A DNA stretch of 44,227 nucleotides from Bacteroidota bacterium (lineage in GTDB: Bacteria; Bacteroidota; Bacteroidia; NS11-12g; UBA955). Position 1 is the first letter of the stretch, and every line of letters begins with the position of its first letter. A model generated the notes under the pieces. It saw nothing but the letters and a program-made list of their open reading frames with translations. It was not told where the DNA came from and searched no databases. A program made the translations under genes and the position numbers. Positions 34,355-40,717 of the stretch are shown piece after piece. The DNA lies in the NCBI GenBank assembly GCA_046314695.1, contig JBKDBI010000254.1, forward strand, positions 1-44,227. Reading direction: 5' to 3'.

Positions 34355-34383
34355 ATTATAACCGAAGCCGTCCATTTTCGCAA
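34355..34383 (-). promoter_or_regulatory. near-consensus sigma70 promoter for 33714..34313
   Basis: The minus strand reads TTGCGA (34383-34378), a 17-nt spacer, then TATAAT (34360-34355). Confidence 0.65.
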
Positions 34384-34407
34384 CTTTCGCAGGTTTCGCA
34401 ATCGCAA
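34376..34407. repeat. four direct TTTCGCA (TGCGAAA) repeats at 9-bp spacing, overlapping the -35
   Basis: Copies start at 34376, 34385 and 34394, with a partial copy at 34402. Confidence 0.8.
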
Positions 34408-34423
34408 CGGATGCAAAACCAGT

Positions 34424-34439
34424 TTACTGATGTCAGTAA
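34424..34439. promoter_or_regulatory. 16-bp palindrome TTACTGAtgTCAGTAA (operator-like)
   Basis: Perfect 7-bp inverted arms with a 2-bp spacer, located upstream of the leftward promoter. Confidence 0.5.
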
Positions 34440-34688
34440 CGTGGTAGTGTTACCTACACACCATTTCGTTGACGCCACCGATATGATACTGTTATTTGTT
34501 GCTTGTTGAACCGTTCGGGAATCCCGTACAGTTGCATTGTTAATATGTACGCCTCTCTAAGCTCTAAAAACACACTTCCCCTTGCCTTTATTCATAAATC
34601 GCATTTTCGCACCGTGTGATTGATGCCAGTTGTTGCAAAACGCATTATTTAACTATTGCTCGACTGATTAAAAATTCACAAAGACTGC

Positions 34689-34720
34689 TATATATATTTA
34701 TTTATAAATATATTTTATAA
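34689..34720. other. 32-nt stretch containing only A and T
   Basis: tatatatatttatttataaatatattttataa, directly adjacent to the tandem repeats. Confidence 0.9.
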
Positions 34721-34724
34721 CTTT

Positions 34725-34772
34725 TACCATTACCATTACCATAACTATTACTATTACTATTACTATTACTGC
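34725..34772. repeat. eight tandem hexamers TAC(C/T)AT
   Basis: TACCAT x3, AACTAT, TACTAT x3, TACTGC. Confidence 0.9.
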
Positions 34773-34840
34773 TAGATTTGCTAGGTTTTGCTACAGTTTG
34801 CTTAGCAAAGCTAGCAAGTGCTAGCATTTGCTAGAAAAGC
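34768..34840. repeat. seven (T/A)3GCTAG units phased at 10 bp (iteron-like array)
   Basis: Units start at 34768, 34777, 34787, 34797, 34807, 34817 and 34827. The array includes two GCTAGC palindromes (34810-34815, 34820-34825). Confidence 0.9.
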
Positions 34841-34935
34841 TGAAACTCCTCCAAATGATGTATTCCACAAATAAATGCTTCCCTTTTATAAACAAGTCTG
34901 TTATTATATTCATATCGGTTGAAACAAGTCGACCC

Positions 34936-35037
34936 AATATATTTCCTCAAAACAATTTTGAAACACTTTGACCCGAAAGGGTTAGAGGGAATATATTAAA
35001 TCACCTCTCTACCCAAAGTTCAGAGGTGACTTTTTTT
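34936..35037 (+). ncRNA. candidate structured small RNA or leader ending in an intrinsic terminator
   Basis: A 13-bp stem pairs AATATATTTCCTC (34936-34948) with GAGGGAATATATT (34985-34997), with one G-U pair. It encloses a GAAA-tetraloop hairpin (34969-34984). The terminator hairpin follows. There is no ORF in this stretch. Confidence 0.4.
35001..35037 (+). terminator. rho-independent terminator
   Basis: TCACCTCT (35001-35008) pairs with AGAGGTGA (35022-35029), followed by C and T7 (35031-35037). Confidence 0.7.
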
Positions 35038-35235
35038 GTTCTTTGATTCGTGAATAGAATACTTCCAGTTGATTTTGGCACAAAGTGTACTCAAAGCTCG
35101 GGATTCTGCGTTTGGATCGGGGCTTTGAGGAGAGATAGTGTGTTTGGAAGGGCTTGACGTGACAAGCTAAATCTAACGGAAGAGTAGAAGTGGAGCATCC
35201 CTTGTTTATGAGGCATGGGGTGCGATGCTTTCAAC

Positions 35236-35307
35236 CTTCTCTACCCCTTTTTTAGCAGGTGTTCATTATAGTGACGTACCACCCTGCTATTGAAGGGGGT
35301 AGAGAAG
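35236..35307. repeat. 72-nt nested inverted repeat
   Basis: The outer arms CTTCTCTACCCC (35236-35247) and GGGGTAGAGAAG (35296-35307) are perfect 12-mers. The inner arms are AGCAGGTG (35254-35261) and CACCCTGCT (35280-35288). Confidence 0.8.
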
Positions 35308-35362
35308 ATTTTAGTTACAATAAAGAAAATCGATGCGAAAGTATCGCATGGAGGGATGAATT

Positions 35363-35512
35363 ATGAGTATTGAACAATGGAGCAGCGAAATCCAAGGCTT
35401 TATTTCGGGCTTGGAAAATCTTAAATCAGAGCATGACCGCTTGCTCGCAAGAAACAATCAATTGCTTGTAGAAAATGCCGAACTAGAAAAACGGATTGAG
35501 GAGCTTGAATAA
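35363..35512 (+). CDS. 49-aa coiled-coil protein (below the track cut-off), first gene of the rightward arm
   Basis: GGAGGG lies 7 nt before the ATG. Hand translation gives MSIEQWSSEIQGFISGLENLKSEHDRLLARNNQLLVENAELEKRIEELE. Confidence 0.55.
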   Translation: MSIEQWSSEIQGFISGLENLKSEHDRLLARNNQLLVENAELEKRIEELE

Positions 35513-35616
35513 TGCCTAACGACCCCCTCCCTGTTACCCCTACGTCGCCATTATAACCATACTAGGCTTGCTCTTCATGCTCGCCATTGCACCAAGTTAG
35601 AAAGGAAATGCACACC

Positions 35617-35832
35617 ATGAAATTAGAAAAAGTTATTAAAGTCTGCTTGAAATTAAAAGAAAGAGGTTTTAATTTTAGCAGTACAAAACAATGGGGCAAC
35701 CTCAAGAGTAAACATAATCACTACGGCTATGGAAACGTCCGCTTAAACTATGTGTTACATCATCCAAACGCCCCTTATATTGCAGTGTTTTGTGAACAAC
35801 CTAGCGGTGAATATATTACAGAACTTCTTTAA
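35617..35832 (+). CDS. hypothetical protein (start uncertain)
   Basis: ORF track; the ATG at 35617 is preceded by AAAGGAA. Confidence 0.5.
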   Translation: MKLEKVIKVCLKLKERGFNFSSTKQWGNLKSKHNHYGYGNVRLNYVLHHPNAPYIAVFCEQPSGEYITELL

Positions 35833-35882
35833 CGTAAACCCACCCCTAAACTGCTTATTTTTAACCCATAAAGGAACCCCCT

Positions 35883-36131
35883 ATGTCTAGTTACAATCAA
35901 CGAGTAGACCGTTTGCAGATTGACCCTGTAAAGGCACTCCCTGCCCCAGCCCAACGCAATTATGACAACTTGCCTAGACTGGTACAAAAGCAAGTGAAGC
36001 AAGAGTACACGCTTAATGTTAAAGCGAATAGCCGTGATGAGTATGTAAAAGCCCTAGATGAAGCACACGCTCAAGCCCTTATCAATCTAGGACGTGATGA
36101 AGCTTTTGAACAAGGAGGTTACGGTGTTTAG
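35883..36131 (+). CDS. hypothetical protein
   Basis: ORF track. Confidence 0.5.
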   Translation: MSSYNQRVDRLQIDPVKALPAPAQRNYDNLPRLVQKQVKQEYTLNVKANSRDEYVKALDEAHAQALINLGRDEAFEQGGYGV

Positions 36132-36657
36132 TTTTTTCAAACCCAAAAAACAGCCCTTGACTTTCAAGCAAGGCTTTAAGCATTGCCAGCTGGCTATTGA
36201 TTACTGGCAAGGGCAAGGCAAAAGCTTAATTGAAGCCGTCGCTTTGCTTCAAGAGGCGTTAAGGTGTGATCCGCCTGAATCGCCCGAGTATCAAAAAGGC
36301 TACGAAGCTTATTTGGAGCAGTGCATTAAAGTTGTAATGACTCAACAGGAACAAATCCCAGTGAACACACCACCCGATTTAGCGTGTGACCTGCTTGAGT
36401 TCTTAGACGACCCAGTGGTGGAGCCATACGACAACGGCTTCAGATTGGCGGAAAAACATTTTGATGGATTGCTTCAAGAAATGGAAGATGCTAAAGCCGT
36501 CCACGCTTACATGGTGCTTCACCGTCAACGTCTGAAAAAAGGGATGTCGACGGAGGAGCGATTCGGTTTTCATGCGTTTCTAGTCAAAGTTGCGGACAAC
36601 CTAGACCGCCGTGAAGCCCTTGAAGCCCAATGGATGTATGGGCGTGAAAACGCCTAG
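36124..36657 (+). CDS. hypothetical protein
   Basis: The GTG at 36124 is preceded by GGAGG and overlaps the upstream gene end. Confidence 0.5.
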   Translation: MFSFFKPKKQPLTFKQGFKHCQLAIDYWQGQGKSLIEAVALLQEALRCDPPESPEYQKGYEAYLEQCIKVVMTQQEQIPVNTPPDLACDLLEFLDDPVVEPYDNGFRLAEKHFDGLLQEMEDAKAVHAYMVLHRQRLKKGMSTEERFGFHAFLVKVADNLDRREALEAQWMYGRENA

Positions 36658-36682
36658 TTTACGAATTAAGAAGGAGCCACGC

Positions 36683-37042
36683 ATGGGGCGAAGTCAGCAA
36701 AAACACCCACAATGCACACGCCTTCATTATGAAAGCTTGGTGAATCGTATTCAGTACCGCTTTCTTGACCACTACCACCCCGACGACCCGATCCGCCAAG
36801 ACGCTTTAAAACAAGCGATTGTAACGGAGCTTGTGTGGCTGATGAACCGCTACGAGAAAGGGCAGTCGGTTAGGGAGTGGTACTTAATGGAGCGACTGAA
36901 AGGCGGAATCAGGCTAAGGGGGCGTAAGCTTACCCAGTGGCAGAAAGACAAGATGTATGACTTGTTACGGCTTGTGATTCAGCCTGATGACGTGTTTCGA
37001 AAAGCCGATGTTATTTACGAAAAGAAAAGGAATGAACTATGA
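36683..37042 (+). CDS. hypothetical protein
   Basis: The ATG at 36683 is preceded by AAGGAG. An internal partial copy of the junction motif (GAAAGGCGG, 36898-36906) encodes LKGG. Confidence 0.55.
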   Translation: MGRSQQKHPQCTRLHYESLVNRIQYRFLDHYHPDDPIRQDALKQAIVTELVWLMNRYEKGQSVREWYLMERLKGGIRLRGRKLTQWQKDKMYDLLRLVIQPDDVFRKADVIYEKKRNEL

Positions 37043-37437
37043 AAAACCAAGAAAAAAGCTCGAAGGATGCCCCTTTTAGATTCCACTTGAGCATTCAGCA
37101 GATGTTATTTTTCGTCCCAACAGTGGCGATTGTAGGGGGCTTGATTGTCACAGTCCTATGCCAAGTGTTTAAGGAGCCAGTGGCGAATGCTGAAATGCAA
37201 GTTGTGCATAGCGTATCCCCTACACATCCCCCCATTGACCGCTTGGAGTTTGAAAAGGCAATGAACAACTCATGTATCAGCTTTAAAGCTTTTAACGCCC
37301 TAGCGGTAGAATACGCAAAGCTTGGATACGGCACAGCCCCTTCCTATCTGCAAGTGTGTGGCAAGAAGGCTCCAGTCCCTGAACAAGCGAATGAGGGGGC
37401 AGGGCAAGAGCAGGGAAAGCTCAAAGCTCAAGGATGA
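37039..37437 (+). CDS. single-pass membrane protein
   Basis: TM segment MLFFVPTVAIVGGLIVTVLC; ATGA overlaps on both sides. Confidence 0.55.
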   Translation: MKNQEKSSKDAPFRFHLSIQQMLFFVPTVAIVGGLIVTVLCQVFKEPVANAEMQVVHSVSPTHPPIDRLEFEKAMNNSCISFKAFNALAVEYAKLGYGTAPSYLQVCGKKAPVPEQANEGAGQEQGKLKAQG

Positions 37438-37922
37438 GCAAGAAACCAACCAAGCCAAAGAAGGTGACGGTCAAGCGGTTGACCTTTGAGGTCGCCTTGC
37501 GTCACGTCCTGAACCAAGAAGGGGGTGTATCAAACGATCCTAGAGACGGTGGAGGATTGACCAACAGGGGGATTTCTAGCAAGTTCTACCAAGGGCTTGT
37601 TAAAAAGTACGGATACCCCAATAAGCCAGTTACGGCGTTGAGCAGTGCGGAAATTACCAACATTTACAAAACATGGTTTTGGAAACCGCTTGCTAGACAC
37701 CATGCAGACAATCCAGCCCTTGCGATTCAGTTGTTTGACCACTCTGTAAACGCAGGTGTAACAGTGGCTAGCGACTTGTTAAATCAGGGCAATACTACGC
37801 CTCAAATGTACAAGAACGCACGGATAACGTACTACAAGCAACGCCCTAAGTGTCGCACATTTGGCAAAGGCTGGATTGCAAGGGCGAATCGGACTTATCA
37901 AAAAGGATTAGAACTAAGCTGA
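37434..37922 (+). CDS. glycoside hydrolase family 108 muramidase
   Basis: LNQEGGVSNDPRDGGGLTNRGI is the EGGY..D..D.GG.T..G motif. IYKTWFW and LFDHSVNAGV are also typical of Glyco_hydro_108. Confidence 0.85.
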   Translation: MSKKPTKPKKVTVKRLTFEVALRHVLNQEGGVSNDPRDGGGLTNRGISSKFYQGLVKKYGYPNKPVTALSSAEITNIYKTWFWKPLARHHADNPALAIQLFDHSVNAGVTVASDLLNQGNTTPQMYKNARITYYKQRPKCRTFGKGWIARANRTYQKGLELS

Positions 37923-37935
37923 AAGGAGCTTAACG

Positions 37936-38241
37936 ATGAAAAAACTTCATTTGACCGTATTGTTATTAGTAGCATTTGCCTTGGGAGTGTACGCAGAGAC
38001 CCTTCACTTTAAAAGGGTTCTCGAAAATGGCGTAATGAGCAAGGCGTCTGTCAACCTTACCCACGCTATTCATAGGGGTTTGGTTGAGTATGACGACAAA
38101 ACAATGAACATCGATCAAGGTGAGGGTGGAATGATTGTTTATCATTTCAATCTGCGTGACGAGTTTGGAATAAGCGACTTGGTAGAGTTGCCTTGTTATT
38201 TGGTCGACAAGTACGGATGCTTTTTAGGGAAAGGAGCTTAA
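37936..38241 (+). CDS. secreted small protein
   Basis: Signal peptide MKKLHLTVLLLVAFALGVYA. Confidence 0.55.
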   Translation: MKKLHLTVLLLVAFALGVYAETLHFKRVLENGVMSKASVNLTHAIHRGLVEYDDKTMNIDQGEGGMIVYHFNLRDEFGISDLVELPCYLVDKYGCFLGKGA

Positions 38242-38244
38242 CGA

Positions 38245-38463
38245 ATGATTGAATGGATACTAAACGCCATGCTTGCAGTGCAAAGCCATCTCCCTGCAAT
38301 ACCGACCAATATCGCCATTTACGGCGGATGTGTAATAGTGATACTCATCTTTGCCGTCGCCTTGTGGCTTGCATTTATAATGCCTTTACACGCATGGATT
38401 AAACGTGAAAAGGAAGACGAAAGAATCCGCTTAGAGATTTACGATAAAAAAACCTACGATTAA
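38245..38463 (+). CDS. small membrane protein (holin-like topology)
   Basis: 72 aa with the hydrophobic segment IAIYGGCVIVILIFAVALWLAFIM and a charged C-terminus. Confidence 0.5.
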   Translation: MIEWILNAMLAVQSHLPAIPTNIAIYGGCVIVILIFAVALWLAFIMPLHAWIKREKEDERIRLEIYDKKTYD

Positions 38464-38480
38464 GAAAGAAGGATGAACCG

Positions 38481-38981
38481 ATGTTTAACTACGATTTACA
38501 CCCTGTGGAGTTTTTTAGTGGGGCGATCCTCACTTGCTTATTCGCCGTGTGGATTTGGAAATGGCAGGAAGGCAACGAGCCAAATAAGGTTGAGAACACC
38601 GACCCACCGTTACCAGTTCCTACTTACCAACTGATTGTGAGCGTTTACGACGACGACACCGCCACCATTACCGCAAAGGACATAAACGGCAAAGATATGC
38701 CTATACGAAGCCAGCGGTGGTTTCAGGATGACGGCTTAGGGCTTGTTGGCTACGTCCCCAAGCCTCATGTCCAACAGTACAAAATCGAGCCACCACAAGC
38801 CACGCTGGAGGCTAGCACGGAGCTTGTGCCTGTGGCGGTGGAAGTGAAAAGTGAAGAAGAAAAGGAAAAGGAGGAAAACCTTAACCTACTGAACCAGTCT
38901 TCGCTTGATAAAAAAGACCAAGAGGCGTACAACAAGCTCAAGCAAGAGCAAATCGCCAAAGGGCTGATTGACACCAAATAA
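38481..38981 (+). CDS. N-terminally anchored protein with acidic/Lys-rich tail
   Basis: TM segment FFSGAILTCLFAVWIWKW. Confidence 0.5.
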   Translation: MFNYDLHPVEFFSGAILTCLFAVWIWKWQEGNEPNKVENTDPPLPVPTYQLIVSVYDDDTATITAKDINGKDMPIRSQRWFQDDGLGLVGYVPKPHVQQYKIEPPQATLEASTELVPVAVEVKSEEEKEKEENLNLLNQSSLDKKDQEAYNKLKQEQIAKGLIDTK

Positions 38982-39043
38982 ACTTGGTTAGGGAATAACG
39001 AAACGGGGGGCGACAGCGTCCCCTTTACTTTGAAAGGTACACC

Positions 39044-39388
39044 ATGACAAACTGCGAATACTGCGGAAACCTTGCCAAGCTTGAAGGCGATCTATTAAGC
39101 CGTGAGGAACTTCTGCAAGTTTTTAACGATTGCGACGAGGCTGCCAACACCGACCCCTTCTTTAAAAAGAACGGCTTTATCATGCTGGCATCGATTGCAA
39201 GGGCATTCAAAGACCACACCGACGACTTTAAACGGAAAGATGTGCGTATCCAATGGCGACACGAGCCGTTTGAAGGCATGGAGCTTCTAGGCAAAACGGC
39301 GGAGTGGCAGGACGCTTACAGCACGGAGGAAGACGAGAATTATTTTGATAAACAAGACGTTACGGAGCAGTCGCTTCGTGGTTGGTAG
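39044..39388 (+). CDS. hypothetical protein
   Basis: ORF track. Confidence 0.5.
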   Translation: MTNCEYCGNLAKLEGDLLSREELLQVFNDCDEAANTDPFFKKNGFIMLASIARAFKDHTDDFKRKDVRIQWRHEPFEGMELLGKTAEWQDAYSTEEDENYFDKQDVTEQSLRGW

Positions 39389-39410
39389 ATAAAAAAGAAA
39401 GGAGTCCATT

Positions 39411-40016
39411 ATGGGCTTAATTGTTAAAGAAAATGAAAATACAGATTTTAAACCATGCCCTGCTGGCACACACGTTGCCATTTGTACGGGCTTAGTAGAC
39501 TTAGGCTTACAGGTAAACAAGTTCGATACCAGTAAAGCCCCAAGAGAAAAGGTTGCACTATTTTGGACGCTTCCTGATGTCCTGCGTGAAGACGGCAATC
39601 CTTTTGTAGTGCGTGAGGTGTACACCGCCACGTTAAACAAAAACAAGCAAGGCACTCCGTCAAAGTTGAGATCCTGCCTAGACGCATGGAGGGGGGTGCC
39701 TTTTACAGAGGAAGACCTTAAAGGGTTTGACTTGACTAAAATACTTTGCAAGCCCTGCATGTTAAGTATTGTTCATGAGGAAAAAAAGGAAGGGGGCGTG
39801 TACGCTAATATCAATAGCGTCCTTGCAATGATGAAAGGGATGCCAATACCAGAGCTTCCTGAATCGTCTTTGATTTTACACTTTGACACAGAAAACCCTT
39901 CACTCGAAGACTTTCAAAAGCTTCCTGAATGGGTGCAAAACATGATTCGCCAAAGTGTTGAGTGGGAAGCTATTTTTTCAAAGATGAACACCTTAGAAGG
40001 AGTCCCTAATTCTTAA
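39411..40016 (+). CDS. conserved phage early protein (DUF669-like, possible ssDNA-binding/recombination accessory; function uncertain)
   Basis: Good SD (AAAGGAG). The pattern F.PCPAGTHVAICTGLVDLG.Q ... L..W(R)G..FTEE recalls a phage family I cannot name with certainty. Confidence 0.5.
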   Translation: MGLIVKENENTDFKPCPAGTHVAICTGLVDLGLQVNKFDTSKAPREKVALFWTLPDVLREDGNPFVVREVYTATLNKNKQGTPSKLRSCLDAWRGVPFTEEDLKGFDLTKILCKPCMLSIVHEEKKEGGVYANINSVLAMMKGMPIPELPESSLILHFDTENPSLEDFQKLPEWVQNMIRQSVEWEAIFSKMNTLEGVPNS

Positions 40017-40070
40017 ACGACTACTAACAACGCACGGCTTGCATGGGCGAGCCGTGCAGGAGGAAAGACT

Positions 40071-40499
40071 ATGCCACTAACAATTAAAAGCCTTAAAGGC
40101 AGGCTATGGTTTGACTACCTAAGCAGTTGGAGCCAGTTGAAAGACTACCGTTTTGTAGCTGAACAAGTCATCGCTGAAATTATGCAGAATGCCTTGAAGG
40201 ACTACACACAACCCACAATCCACCGCTTGCTTGATGTGTTGACTAACGCCGATCCGAAGAAGCCTTTGAGCCAGTTGGAGATTGAGGTTTGTTACCCCTT
40301 GTTTTCAGGGAAGCCCCTATCGGTGGAAGCCATGCACAAGCTATTCGATAAGCGTGTGAAGGACTATGAAGCCTATGAGGCAGGCGAGTTGGACGCTAGG
40401 GACATCAAGCCCCACATTTACGCAGAACAGGCGAGAGCGTGGGAGGAAACCTTCACACAGGAAAGAAAACAGGCGTGGAGGCGAGCCAATGGCATTTAA
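40071..40499 (+). CDS. hypothetical protein
   Basis: ORF track; GGAGGA upstream. Confidence 0.5.
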   Translation: MPLTIKSLKGRLWFDYLSSWSQLKDYRFVAEQVIAEIMQNALKDYTQPTIHRLLDVLTNADPKKPLSQLEIEVCYPLFSGKPLSVEAMHKLFDKRVKDYEAYEAGELDARDIKPHIYAEQARAWEETFTQERKQAWRRANGI

Positions 40500-40550
40500 G
40501 AAAGCCACCGAAATCGGCTTGAAAATTGCGGTGGATTATACCGCTTAAGC

Positions 40551-40579
40551 TTGTTTTTTGCGTGTTGGTATGGTATACT
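40551..40579 (+). promoter_or_regulatory. sigma70-type promoter with extended -10
   Basis: TTGTTT (40551-40556), a 17-nt spacer ending in TGg, then TATACT (40574-40579). Confidence 0.6.
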
Positions 40580-40585
40580 TGAGGG

Positions 40586-40658
40586 GCAACGACTTAATTT
40601 AACAATTTTTTTGACAGGGCTTATCCCCTGCACCCCCTCTTAATGGTTAAGTCGTTGC
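40586..40658 (+). promoter_or_regulatory. long-range 12-bp stem in the leader RNA
   Basis: GCAACGACTTAA (40586-40597) is perfectly complementary to TTAAGTCGTTGC (40647-40658). The 3' arm lies inside the loop of the downstream terminator. Confidence 0.5.
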
Positions 40659-40692
40659 ACGCTTTCACACTTGAGGGGGTGTTTTTTATTTT
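40631..40692 (+). terminator. intrinsic terminator/attenuator upstream of the replication gene
   Basis: CACCCCCTC (40631-40639) pairs with GAGGGGGTG (40673-40681), followed by TTTTTTATTTTGTTTTT. The loop is 33 nt. Confidence 0.6.
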
Positions 40693-40717
40693 GTTTTTAA
40701 AGAGTGGAGGTCGTAGC

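Noticed and set aside
34424-34439. The palindrome TTACTGAtgTCAGTAA might be a LexA/SOS box.
   Set aside because: The CTG and CAG halves are only 4 nt apart, not the 10 nt of the gammaproteobacterial CTGT-N8-ACAG box. It is better described as a generic operator-like palindrome.
34174-34509. Track ORF of 111 aa on the plus strand.
   Set aside because: It overlaps the 5' end of the well-supported minus-strand gene and its consensus promoter, has no SD, and its sequence is low-complexity. It is treated as non-coding.
34725-34840. The tandem repeats might be a CRISPR array.
   Set aside because: The units are 6 and 10 bp long, directly abutting, with no spacers. No cas genes or leader are present.
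35040-35340. I searched this non-coding stretch and the rest of the window for tRNA/tmRNA-like cloverleaf elements (GTTCGAATC-type T-loops).
   Set aside because: No T-arm/acceptor combination was found by eye. The structures present are simple or nested hairpins.
40643-40717. N-terminal extension of the replication gene (track start at 40643).
   Set aside because: The extension lies within the terminator hairpin and T-run. The internal ATG at 40718 has GGAGG at ideal spacing, and the conserved DUF1376 pattern begins just after it.
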